From assembly GCA_003697085.1 (NCBI GenBank), contig RFFU01000074.1, positions 17,562 through 81,561 on the forward strand: DNA of 64,000 nucleotides, read 5' to 3'. The notes beneath the pieces were generated by a model. That model was not told the DNA's origin and made no database searches. It worked only from the letters and a program-made list of their open reading frames with translations. Below, in pieces: positions 23,368 through 32,357 of the stretch. Numbering within the stretch: the first letter of the stretch is position 1; every line of letters starts with the position of its first letter. A program made the translations under genes and the position numbers. The DNA comes from Candidatus Hydrogenedentota bacterium (GTDB taxonomy: Bacteria; UBA8481; J006).

Positions 23368-25089
23368 TTTCGGATTCATCCAGGGAGGGAAGAGTGCGTC
23401 GCGGAAGACCCGCAGAAACTCTTTTGCCGTCAAAAGGGCGATACGCTCTCCCGTTCCATCACGGCATTCGGTCCTTCGGGAATGCCGTTCAAGGAAATTC
23501 CGTAGGCGGAGGTAGGACGCGTCGGCGGGATCGTTGACGGGAAGAACCGCCAGGTCGAACCTCTCTTGAACCAGTTTCTCGAGAACCTCGACACGGTAAT
23601 TTTCGAGATTCGGATAAAAGATCGTCTTTTCCAAACGCGCCTCCTCCGGCGGCGGATAATTGCGGTGGCAGACGAGAGTGAACGAAGCCTGGGGCCATTC
23701 TCGACGGAGAGCATCCCAAACTCTCTTCATAACCTCCCGTCTTGCGGACTGCAAAATGAGAATCGACCGCGGCTGATTCGGCGATACCTCTCTCTCTTTT
23801 TCCCGGGAAATGTCTTCTCCTCTCGATGCCTCTCCCCCCCGTTCGCCTTCCTCCGGCCGTGCTTCGTCTTCCCGGCGCGTTTCGCATTTCGTTCCTCCCC
23901 TCCTTTTTCGAAGTGGCGTCGCTTGTTCCGCGAATTCTGCGAACAACTCCTCGTACCGCCGCGCGACGGCTTCCGAATCGTCCCAGATTTCACGGCGAAC
24001 GCGTTTCGCCCTTGCGCCTCTCTCCAATTCCTCGCGCCGGCGTTCGTTCTTCAATAGGTGCGTCAGGGTTTTCCGTAAAGCGGCACGGCTTCCGGCGGGG
24101 AGAAGCACGCCGTTCACTCCTTCCTCGATCACCTCTTTCACAAGTCCCACGGAAAAGGCCACCGCCGGGATCCCGGCGTCGAGCGCTTCGAGGAGCGTCA
24201 ACGGGAGGCCTTCCGAGCAGGAGAGCACGAGGATGAGGTCGATGAGACCGGTGCGTTCGCGGACGGTGGGCAGTGAGCCCGTGAAGAGAATCCTCTCCGC
24301 CCAAGAGGTCCCGTCGAGCATCTTCCGCATTCTCTCTTCCGTTTCCGGGTCGACGCGGGGACCTATGAAGGCGACGCGAACGCTCCGTCCATCGTCCGTT
24401 TCGGTCGGCAGTCCAGGAAGAACCGCGGCCAAGTGATGAACCCCCTTGTGGGCATTAACAGCGCCGACCATTCCCAAGACGTATTCGTCCTTTTCCAGAC
24501 CGTATTCTTTTCGAAGCGCCTCGTCTCGCCCGCCGGGAGGGCCGAAACGCGGATAGGGGAGGCGAAAGAAGGGACGATGGCGGGCGGGAAGCGAAAGCAA
24601 AGCGGGAGACGGCCCGGCGAACGCGTCGGGAGGGGCGGTTTCATCGAGCCAGCGGCGGTAAGGGGGAGGAGCGAACGATTCCTGGACGAACTGAAGGGCG
24701 GTCGCACCGAGGTTGCGGGCCAGCACGTTGCCGTAGCGGATGGCCCCGGTCGTCGAGACGACAAGGTCCGGTGGTTCCTCGGCGAGCCGTTCTCCGAGGC
24801 GTTCGATGTTCTTCCAGCCCGCGCGAACGGCGGCGACCACTCTCCGAAACCGAACATTGATCGGAAAAGCGCCGTCGTGAAGAAGATGGATCTTTCCGAC
24901 AAACGGACGCAATTCCTCGACAGCCGGCCCCGCGGGAAGGGCCGCGTCGATCAGTAGACCGGTCTCCTTGACTCTTCCCGCGAGATACTCCAGCACGGGG
25001 AGCATCAGGCGGTAGGAGCCGCCGAGCCCGGAGCCGGAATGAAAAAGGAGCAGAACGCGCCGGCGGATGATTTCGTCTCGGAGCGTCAC
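23359..25089 (-). CDS. glycosyltransferase family 4 with charged linker and C-terminal GT9-N-like half domain
   Basis: GMVGAVNAHKGVHHL...ILFTGSL...LSCSEGLPLTLLEALDAGIPAVAFSVGLVKEVIEEGVNGVL is GT4-like. An E/R-rich linker follows, then RSILILQSARREVMKRVWDALRREWPQASFTLVC. The GTG start overlaps the upstream GT2 stop (GTGA at 25086-25089). Confidence 0.85.
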   Translation of the reverse strand: MTLRDEIIRRRVLLLFHSGSGLGGSYRLMLPVLEYLAGRVKETGLLIDAALPAGPAVEELRPFVGKIHLLHDGAFPINVRFRRVVAAVRAGWKNIERLGERLAEEPPDLVVSTTGAIRYGNVLARNLGATALQFVQESFAPPPYRRWLDETAPPDAFAGPSPALLSLPARHRPFFRLPYPRFGPPGGRDEALRKEYGLEKDEYVLGMVGAVNAHKGVHHLAAVLPGLPTETDDGRSVRVAFIGPRVDPETEERMRKMLDGTSWAERILFTGSLPTVRERTGLIDLILVLSCSEGLPLTLLEALDAGIPAVAFSVGLVKEVIEEGVNGVLLPAGSRAALRKTLTHLLKNERRREELERGARAKRVRREIWDDSEAVARRYEELFAEFAEQATPLRKRRGGTKCETRREDEARPEEGERGGEASRGEDISREKEREVSPNQPRSILILQSARREVMKRVWDALRREWPQASFTLVCHRNYPPPEEARLEKTIFYPNLENYRVEVLEKLVQERFDLAVLPVNDPADASYLRLRNFLERHSRRTECRDGTGERIALLTAKEFLRVFRDALFPPWMNPKSQ

Positions 25090-26612
25090 GAAAGCGCCGT
25101 TCGGAGAACGCGAACCATTTCCGGGGGTTTCGTCGAGCCCGCCGGGTGAAGACGCCGGTGAATTCCACCGAGAAGAAGATTCGTTCGCACGAAGGGAATT
25201 GCGCTTCGCGGTCCATGGCGTTCGAGGTAGCGCAGTCGTCCCCGCGCCAACCGCTCCCAGACAATCCAGGAGTTTTCGGTGCTTCCTCTTCCGTAGTGAA
25301 CGACCGGTCCCACCGGAAGATAACCGATACGGTATCCGGCCTTGCGCATCCGGCGGCAGAGGTCGGGATCGTCAAAGTACATCCGGAAGGTTTCATCGAT
25401 TCCACCGGTTCGTTCGAGTGCCTCGCGGCGCAAGGCGACGAAGGCGAAGGAGACCGAGGCGAGATTCCGATGCTCGCTTTCATATTCACGCGGATCTCGA
25501 ATCAATAGTCTGTTGTGCCAACGCCGATAACGCGGCGTTCTTCCAAGCCATGCATCCACGAGCCCCTGTTCCAAAAGCGTCTTCCAACCATAATCGTCGC
25601 GAACAAGGTTGAAATACGGACGTCCGGAGCCATCCTCCATCCGACACGTCACCGCTCCGAGACCTCGATGCTTCTCCAGAAATCCAATCAGCGGTTCGAA
25701 CGGGTCGATGGGAAACGAGAGATCACTGTTGCAAAGAAACAATATCTCCGCGCGACTCGCTTCCAATCCGTCATTCACGCTCGCCGCATATCCCCGATTC
25801 CGTTCGTGAGCGATGAGACGAATTTCCGGATATCTTTCCCTCACGAACTCGGCGCTTCCGTCGGTCGAAGCGTCATCGACGACGGTAACGGGAATCGCGA
25901 TGCGCAGGCGGCTCAGGCTTCGAAGAATTTCGGCAAGATACTCGCGGGTGTTGTAGTTGGTAACGATAATTTCCGCAGGATCTTCCTTTGTCAGCGAAGA
26001 CGTTTTTCGAGCGGAGCCGATCTTCCAATCGTCTCCTGCTTTCGCGGCGCCGTCCGGTCGCATCTTCCTCCGTGAGGGGATCGTTCGGATTCGCGGCGGT
26101 TCGAATCGAATGAGAGAGAGAATCGTGCCGAACGAGGCCGCAGCGAAAACGGGAGGGAGAAGGAGAGCCTCAATCAGCCCGGTAAAGAGAGACCGTATCA
26201 GGGTTCTTCTTCGCGCCCGCCGACACTCTTTCGGCGACAACATTCGAATATCCCCGCGCGAAAGACACGCGTGAACCGAGGACGCCCCGAGGGAATAAAG
26301 CCGGCCGGCAAGCCGTAACAGAGCCGCGGATTCATCGATTCCGGCGATGACGACGCGATCGAAAACGTGCGGCTTTACCTCGAACTTCCCGGAATCAGGA
26401 AGGAGGTTTTGGTCGAAGGAACGTTGAAGAACGAGCGACTCCCCGTTCGGTCTCTTCCGGAAGGAAAAACCGTTCCGTTCCGCCAAAGCCGCCTCCTCGG
26501 ATCGAATCATACAGATCCGCGTCGAAGACTCCTGACCGGGGATCGAAAAGGGCGTCTCCAACGCGCGCCGAACCTCGTCGGACCACCTCAATACAAGCCA
26601 GAGCTCCTTCAT
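25086..26612 (-). CDS. glycosyltransferase family 2 with N-terminal extra domain and TM segment
   Basis: IIVTNYNTREYL...VTVVDDASTDGS...HERNRGYAASVNDGL...LCNSDL is a GT2 core. The ORF-track start (27011) is antisense to the OmpA gene. Start moved to ATG 26612 (MKELWLVLRW...). Confidence 0.85.
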   Translation of the reverse strand: MKELWLVLRWSDEVRRALETPFSIPGQESSTRICMIRSEEAALAERNGFSFRKRPNGESLVLQRSFDQNLLPDSGKFEVKPHVFDRVVIAGIDESAALLRLAGRLYSLGASSVHACLSRGDIRMLSPKECRRARRRTLIRSLFTGLIEALLLPPVFAAASFGTILSLIRFEPPRIRTIPSRRKMRPDGAAKAGDDWKIGSARKTSSLTKEDPAEIIVTNYNTREYLAEILRSLSRLRIAIPVTVVDDASTDGSAEFVRERYPEIRLIAHERNRGYAASVNDGLEASRAEILFLCNSDLSFPIDPFEPLIGFLEKHRGLGAVTCRMEDGSGRPYFNLVRDDYGWKTLLEQGLVDAWLGRTPRYRRWHNRLLIRDPREYESEHRNLASVSFAFVALRREALERTGGIDETFRMYFDDPDLCRRMRKAGYRIGYLPVGPVVHYGRGSTENSWIVWERLARGRLRYLERHGPRSAIPFVRTNLLLGGIHRRLHPAGSTKPPEMVRVLRTALS

Positions 26613-26714
26613 AGAGCCATCATACGCCCCCCGATTCTTTTCCACAACCGCGGCCGCAACGACGTTTCTCTCCCTTACCAAGAGCGGTCTCCGTGTTGTA
26701 TAATTCCCCCCGTG

Positions 26715-28169
26715 ATGAGAGCACGGATTTTCACGATACGGGCATTCTTGCTTTTGGTTCTTGCGATCGCATCCGGTTGTGCTCAGGCGGACGTGGTGAT
26801 TGCGAAGGCGGAACAGACGATCGAGAAGGCGCGGGAAGTGCGCGCCGAGGAATTTGCTCCCGACTATTACCGCCAAGCGGTCGACCGGCTCGCGGAAGCG
26901 AAGCGCTATCAGCAGAGCAACAACGCGGCGGCGCTCGAGAACGCCGAGAAGGCGCTCGATGCCGCCCAACGGGCCTACGAACTCGCCGCCGTCCACTTCG
27001 AACTGGCTCAAACCCGCGAAGAGCTCGAACGAACGAAGGAGGAGGCGCGGAAGAAACTCGACGCGTTGACAAAAGAACTGTTGAAATTACGCGCTGACCG
27101 GGACCGGCTCGAGGCGGCGGCGCGCCAAGCCGAAAAAGAACGCGACGCGCTCCGCGCCGATCTCGAGAAACAATCGCGTCTTCTGGCTGATCTGAAGTCG
27201 GAGAAAGAATCTCTCGGCCGAGAACTCGATTCTCTCAACAACCAGATCGCGACGTTGAGTGAGGCGCGGGAGAAACTTCAGTCCGACAGAGAATCCCTGC
27301 GGAAGGAATTGGAGAAACGCACGAAGGAATTGGAGGAATTGGCGGCGCGAGGCGATTCTTTGGCGAAGCAGGTTGCGGAACTGGCCGCTCACCGCGCCAG
27401 TCTTGAAAAGGCGCTGGCGGAAAAGGATCGCGAGGTCTCGAAGATGAAGGCGGCGGCGGATTCTCTCCGAAAGGAGATTGCGACGCGGGAAGAGGCGTTG
27501 GCGAAGGAGAGAAGAGCGCTCGAAGACCTCCAAAAACAGCGCGAGGAGGCCGAGGGTCTTCTCGAAAGCCTCCGAAAACAGAGCGAAGAGGAGCGCGCGG
27601 CGCTGGAGAAGCAACTCCGGGAATTCGAAACGGCGAAGAAACGATCCGAAGAAGCCTTGCTTGCGGCGAAACAGGAATTGAAGCGGCACGAAGAGGAGTT
27701 GGCGAAGGCGAAGAAAGAGAACGAGAAATTGATGCGCGACCTCAGCGGCCTGCAGAATGAACAGGTTCGTCTTCGTGAGGAGTCGGATCGCATAACGCTC
27801 ACCTTCGTGGATAAGATTCTCTTCGAGTCCGGGAAGGCGGAGATTCAGCCCGAAGGGAAGGAGGCGCTGAAGAAGGTCGCCGAGATTTTGAAGCAGTATC
27901 CCGACCGGATCGTGCAGGTTGCCGGTCATACCGATACGGTGCCGATCACAAGTGCGCGCTTCCCGAGCAACTGGGATCTCTCCGTGGCGCGAGCCGTGAC
28001 CGTCCTGCGGTTTCTCTTGGAGAGTGAGCCGGATCTGAATCCGCGCCGGTTCATCGCCGCCGGGTTCGGCGAGTATCGGCCCGTGGCGACGAATCAAACG
28101 GAGGCCGGACGAAGAGAGAACCGCCGCGTCGAGATCGTCATTCTGAAGGGGAAGTTCGTCATCGAGTAG
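26715..28169 (+). CDS. OmpA family lipoprotein with DUF4398-like N-terminus and long coiled coil
   Basis: Lipobox MRARIFTIRAFLLLVLAIASGC. About 300 aa of heptad-rich E/K/R/L sequence. C-terminal OmpA/MotB domain (AGHTDTVPI...NWDLSVARA...NRRVEIVI). Start moved from 26367 to ATG 26715. Confidence 0.9.
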   Translation: MRARIFTIRAFLLLVLAIASGCAQADVVIAKAEQTIEKAREVRAEEFAPDYYRQAVDRLAEAKRYQQSNNAAALENAEKALDAAQRAYELAAVHFELAQTREELERTKEEARKKLDALTKELLKLRADRDRLEAAARQAEKERDALRADLEKQSRLLADLKSEKESLGRELDSLNNQIATLSEAREKLQSDRESLRKELEKRTKELEELAARGDSLAKQVAELAAHRASLEKALAEKDREVSKMKAAADSLRKEIATREEALAKERRALEDLQKQREEAEGLLESLRKQSEEERAALEKQLREFETAKKRSEEALLAAKQELKRHEEELAKAKKENEKLMRDLSGLQNEQVRLREESDRITLTFVDKILFESGKAEIQPEGKEALKKVAEILKQYPDRIVQVAGHTDTVPITSARFPSNWDLSVARAVTVLRFLLESEPDLNPRRFIAAGFGEYRPVATNQTEAGRRENRRVEIVILKGKFVIE

Positions 28170-28364
28170 AGGGCGGGGGGGCGATGGATTCTCCTGATTT
28201 ATCTTTGTTCCGAGGCTTCTCATCGGAACGGCGGAGACAGGCGAAATCCGTTGCGTTTGGTTGCGGAGCCGAGGTGGAGGAACGACGAGCCTAGTAGAGA
28301 AGGGGAACAGCCGAAGAGGATTACGGGTGCAAGGCAAATTTTGGGCAAGGTCAAATTTAGCCAA

Positions 28365-28535
28365 ACAGGTATTCCTGGGAGCGCAGGCCCGCCTGCTGGC
28401 AGGCAGGCATCTTGCCTCTGCAATGACGGACTCGGAGAAGGTTACCTTTCGGCCGCCCCGATCCTATGCAGGGGGTTCGCCTAGGGAGTGGTCTGATACG
28501 ATTCGGCGAAAGCTTCCCGTTTTTCGCCATGCACC
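28365..28535. repeat. intergenic repeats (module C variant + module F)
   Basis: CCTGGGAGCGCAGGCCCGCCTGCTGGCAGGCAGGCATCTTGCC..., followed by ~100 bp whose reverse complement recurs at 14383-14480. Confidence 0.7.
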
Positions 28536-28597
28536 TGAGAATTACAAAGAGAAAGAGATAGAATATTCGGGGAAGTTCTTGTAATCTCGGCTCGAGC

Positions 28598-28672
28598 GGC
28601 GGCGTAGCTCAGAGGTAGAGCAGAGGTCTCATAAGCCTCGTGTCGGCGGTTCGATTCCGCCCGCCGCTACCA
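28598..28672 (+). tRNA. tRNA-Met (anticodon CAT; elongator type, tRNA-Ile2 cannot be excluded)
   Basis: Manual cloverleaf: GGCGGCG/TA/GCTC-AGAGGTA-GAGC/A/GAGGT-CTCATAA-GCCTC/GTGTC/GGCGG-TTCGATT-CCGCC/CGCCGCT/A/CCA. 75 nt with encoded CCA. Confidence 0.9.
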
Positions 28673-28737
28673 AGGCGGTGACGGTGCCTCTTCTTCTGCG
28701 GGAGGGAAGCGGTTTTGGACGAAGGCGGGGGTGGCCT

Positions 28738-29406
28738 ATGAAAATCAATCGTGTTTATACGCGCGCGGGCGATGACGGAACAACGGCGTTGTTGGGTGGA
28801 GGACGGGTTCCGAAGGACTCGGTGCGCGTCGAGGCTTACGGAACACTTGATGAACTCCAATCGATTCTCGGGCTTTTGCGCGCTGAACTGCGCGGAATCG
28901 TCGAATCCGGCGGGCAAGACAGTGCTTTCGCCACCGGTGTCCTCAATGACCTCCACGCTCTCCAGAACGACCTTTTCGATATCGGCCGGAGGCTTTCGAT
29001 TTTCGGCGGCAATTCCGAGGCCGGCGCCGAACCGTTCGACGAGAAACGAGTGCGGTTCTTGGAGTACCGCATCGACGAGGGCACGGCGGATTTGCCCGAG
29101 TTGCGTTCGTTCATACTCTCCGGAGGAGGTCGGTTCTCGGCGCTGGCTCATTTCGCGAGAACGGTCTCACGGCGCGCCGAGCGGATCGTCGTGGCGCTTG
29201 CGCGTTCCGAGCCCGTCTCGAGCGTCACACTTGCCTATCTCAATCGCCTTTCCGATTATCTCTTCGTCCTGGCACGGCGTCTGGCCGCCCATTTCGGCGA
29301 AAGCGAACCGTTGTGGGAAACACCGCTGAAGAAGGAATCTCAACAAGAAGATACCTCGCCGCCCCCGCAAGTCGAAGGAGAAGGGGGAACGCCGGCTGGG
29401 AAATGA
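28738..29406 (+). CDS. PduO-type ATP:cob(I)alamin adenosyltransferase
   Basis: MKINRVYTRAGDDGTTALLGG...VEAYGTLDELQS...DLFDIG...FILSGG. Start moved from 28678 to ATG 28738. Confidence 0.9.
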   Translation: MKINRVYTRAGDDGTTALLGGGRVPKDSVRVEAYGTLDELQSILGLLRAELRGIVESGGQDSAFATGVLNDLHALQNDLFDIGRRLSIFGGNSEAGAEPFDEKRVRFLEYRIDEGTADLPELRSFILSGGGRFSALAHFARTVSRRAERIVVALARSEPVSSVTLAYLNRLSDYLFVLARRLAAHFGESEPLWETPLKKESQQEDTSPPPQVEGEGGTPAGK

Positions 29407-29408
29407 CG

Positions 29409-29482
29409 TAGCGGGGGGAGGATTTGAACCTCCGACCTCTGGGTTATGAGCCCAGCGAGCTACCAGACTGCTCTACCCCGCG
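29409..29482 (-). tRNA. initiator tRNA-fMet (anticodon CAT)
   Basis: Reverse complement is CGCGGGGTAGAGCAGTCTGGTAGCTCGCTGGGCTCATAACCCAGAGGTCGGAGGTTCAAATCCTCCCCCCGCTA. It has a C1-U72 mismatch and three G-C pairs closing the anticodon stem, and is very close to the E. coli initiator as I recall it. CCA is not encoded. Confidence 0.9.
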
Positions 29483-29589
29483 TCGCTGAAGGGTATCCTA
29501 TTCACGTTTCTCGAAATTTCAAGACGAATTTTTGGACGAGTTGGGAATGCACATCTACAGTACGAGACACCTGGAGGGGCCGCTGCCGC

Positions 29590-30075
29590 GTTGTGTCCTT
29601 CCGACGCGCGTCTTCGATGTCAATCCGAGGCACGCATCTTCTGTCATTCCGATGCGCGTCTCTTCTATCATTCCGGGGCGCGTCTTTTCTGTCATTCCGA
29701 GGCGCTTTGGCGCCGAGGAATCCCCTTCCCGTGGTATCCCGCGTTTTGTCATTCCGAGCGCCAGCGAGGAATCCCCTCGGCGCGGTATCCCGCGGGAAGG
29801 GCAAGGGCAAAAGCAAGGCCAAGAATAAGGGAATGGGGAAGGGAAAGGAAAAAGGGAATGGGAAGCGTGTCCTGGTAGCGCAGGCAATCTGCTTGCAAGG
29901 ATGGGGCGCAGGTTCTCCAACCTGCAGGGCCGATCGGCACTCGTGGGGGATTCCTCGTCGGGCTTCGCCCTCCTCGGAATGACAAGTATGGTGTCGGATT
30001 GCGCCTGCCTGCCGGCAGGGCCTCCTCAGAATGACACGCCTGGGGGGCGGGATCGGCCAAACGCAGACTGGAGAG
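29590..30075. repeat. large intergenic repeat island (several A heads, A, B, C, A-inverted, E-inverted)
   Basis: A heads at ~29641, 29665 and 29689. A at 29747-29778. Purine-rich B at 29794-29866. C at 29870-29927. A inverted at 29945-29985. E inverted at ~30055. Confidence 0.8.
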
Positions 30076-30293
30076 TCCGCGCTCTATAACTCGGCGAAAA
30101 TCGAGTGTAGGTTATCCAGCTCCATTGGGAGCGAACGTTTTCTTGACAGTACCGCCGTTCGACGTGGATCGGGAACGATTCTTGCTACCATCATCGCCGG
30201 TCGATTTTGAATCGCCCGATCGCCGCTGTCTGATTTCCCGAAACGGCTTTCGGACGTCGCTGAAAATGACTCTCTACGCACGGTGACTGTCAG

Positions 30294-31358
30294 ATGGGCG
30301 TTTTTGAGATGCAAGAAAATGTCATAACGGCACGGCGGATTCTTTGCGGCCGTTCTTCCTTTTCAATCCCTTTCCATTCCTTTCTAGCGGTTTTCGCGGC
30401 CGCACTTGTTTTCGCGTCACCGGCGCCGGCGACAACAGCCGCCGCGGACTCGGCCCCCGTGAATCGATCTTTTCCGCCGCCGCGTTCCTCCACTCCGTCC
30501 GTCCCCGCGCTCGTCACGCCCACGCCTCTTCGACGGCCACTCCCGCCCGACGCGGACTTCCAGGATCAGATCCGCCTCGGCGTCGAGACCTCCCGCGACA
30601 GCCTCCCCTTAGGGGATTCGGTTTCAGTCACGATCACAATTGCCACGCGGGGAACCCCGATCATTTTCGATCCGATCGACCATCTTCCCACCCGCGGCCT
30701 CCGCCTCATCGGCTCCCGCCACGAGGTTCTCTCGGAAGGGGCGGAAACCGCTTCTCTCCGCGTCACCCGCTTCCGTTTTCTCTTCCGCGCCTCCGAACTC
30801 GGAATGGCGTATCTCGAACCGATTCGATTCCGCTATCGTGTTTCCTCGGATACTGCGGAACGGATTCTCTTTTCTCCCCAGATCGGATTTCTGGTGATAC
30901 GCGGTGCGGAGGTGAATCAAACCCATCGCGGTCTCTTTATCGTTGGGGGGATAACGTTACTGATTCTGTTCTTGCTGGGGGGAGCGCTTTTCGTTTTGCG
31001 TCGCCGGTCCGGGACGGTCGAAAAGGAAGAAGCCGAAGAGGAGCGGGAGGAAATCATCGCGGAGATGGTGTCCGCCGTAGACGGGGTGGATGTCGAGGAC
31101 CCGGCGGCGGCGGGGGAGCTCTACCGACTGGCGCGCGAGTTTGTCCGGCGTTACGATCCGGACGCGCCGTCGTTTCCAACGGCGAAGAATCTTTGTCACT
31201 ATCTTGCCGAGCGGCATCCCGGTGTCGATGCCGACTTTCTGCCGCGCCTCGAGGAGCGTCGTTTCGCCAAGAGCATTACGCGGGACGACCTCGTCGTGGA
31301 AAAGATGCGGGTCAAGAATTTCATTCGATCTTTCAGAAAGAGGAGGAAGAGTCAATGA
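30294..31358 (+). CDS. BatD-like/DUF4381-like single-pass membrane protein (first gene of the Bat-type operon)
   Basis: Signal/TM segment, Pro-rich segment, beta-rich domain (LPLGDSVSVTITIATRG), TM helix GLFIVGGITLLILFLLGGALFVL, helical C-terminus. Same architecture as ORF 33268-34287. The stop overlaps the moxR ATG. Confidence 0.55.
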   Translation: MGVFEMQENVITARRILCGRSSFSIPFHSFLAVFAAALVFASPAPATTAAADSAPVNRSFPPPRSSTPSVPALVTPTPLRRPLPPDADFQDQIRLGVETSRDSLPLGDSVSVTITIATRGTPIIFDPIDHLPTRGLRLIGSRHEVLSEGAETASLRVTRFRFLFRASELGMAYLEPIRFRYRVSSDTAERILFSPQIGFLVIRGAEVNQTHRGLFIVGGITLLILFLLGGALFVLRRRSGTVEKEEAEEEREEIIAEMVSAVDGVDVEDPAAAGELYRLAREFVRRYDPDAPSFPTAKNLCHYLAERHPGVDADFLPRLEERRFAKSITRDDLVVEKMRVKNFIRSFRKRRKSQ

Positions 31359-32344
31359 ACCCGGAGATTGAAGCGATCCAGAAACGGATCACGGAGACGA
31401 GCGGTTTCGTGGAGCCCTTCTTCGAGAGGGCGGGGACGGTCGTGATCGGACAGAAGAACCTTCTGCGGTCGATCCTGATGACGATTTTGGCGCGGGGGCA
31501 CATCTTGATCGAGGGCTTGCCGGGCCTGGCGAAGACGCTGGCCGCGCGCACGACTGCGGCTCTAATCGAGGGGACCTACTCGCGGATCCAGTTCACGCCG
31601 GACCTGCTTCCTTCGGACATCACGGGAACGACGATCTACAATCAGAACACGGGGAAGTTCGAATCGCGAAAAGGCCCTATCTTCGCGAACATCGTCCTGG
31701 CGGACGAGATCAACCGCGCACCGGCGAAGGTCCAATCGGCGCTTCTGGAGGCGATGCAGGAGCGCCAGGTGACGATCGGCGAAACCTCGTATCCCTTGCC
31801 CGATCCGTTTCTCGTTTTGGCGACGGAGAATCCGATCGAGCAGGAGGGAACGTATCCGTTGCCGGAGGCTCAAATCGACCGATTCCTCTTTAAGATCGAT
31901 GTTACGTATCCGTCGCGCGAGGAAGAGGAAGAGATTCTCAAGCGAATGAGCGCGGCGGCGCCGGCGTTGCCGGAGCCGGTGATCACGCAGGAAGGGTTGG
32001 CGCGCGCCGTCGAGGCGTACGAAGGCATCTATGTGGACGAGAAACTCTACGGCTATGTCGCGCGGTTGCTCGAGGCGACCCGCACTCCCGGAAAGGCGGG
32101 ATTGTCGGATCTGGAGGCGATGATCCAATACGGCGCCTCGCCCCGGTCCGGAATCTTCCTCGTTCGGGCCGCCAAAGCCAACGCCTTCCTGAACCACCGC
32201 GGCTACACGACCCCGGAGGATGTTCGTGAGGTCGCACGGACGGTGTTGAGCCACCGGATCATTCCGACGTATGAGGCGGAGGCGGAGAATATCTCGCGCG
32301 AAGAGATCATCCTGAAGATACTCGATACCGTCGAAGCGCCCTGA
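31355..32344 (+). CDS. moxR: MoxR family AAA+ ATPase
   Basis: Walker A GLPGLAKT, Walker B LADEINRAPAKVQSALLEAMQE, and VLATENPIEQEGTYPLPEAQIDRF. Start moved to ATG 31355 (ATGA overlap); the ORF-track start at 30344 is out of gene. Confidence 0.92.
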   Translation: MNPEIEAIQKRITETSGFVEPFFERAGTVVIGQKNLLRSILMTILARGHILIEGLPGLAKTLAARTTAALIEGTYSRIQFTPDLLPSDITGTTIYNQNTGKFESRKGPIFANIVLADEINRAPAKVQSALLEAMQERQVTIGETSYPLPDPFLVLATENPIEQEGTYPLPEAQIDRFLFKIDVTYPSREEEEEILKRMSAAAPALPEPVITQEGLARAVEAYEGIYVDEKLYGYVARLLEATRTPGKAGLSDLEAMIQYGASPRSGIFLVRAAKANAFLNHRGYTTPEDVREVARTVLSHRIIPTYEAEAENISREEIILKILDTVEAP

Positions 32345-32357
32345 GGAGGTCCCGCGC

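Noticed and set aside
30084-30314. 76-aa minus-strand ORF between the repeat island and the Bat-type operon, considered as a divergent regulator.
   Set aside because: No DNA-binding or other motif, no convincing ribosome-binding site, and a composition not clearly coding. Left unannotated.
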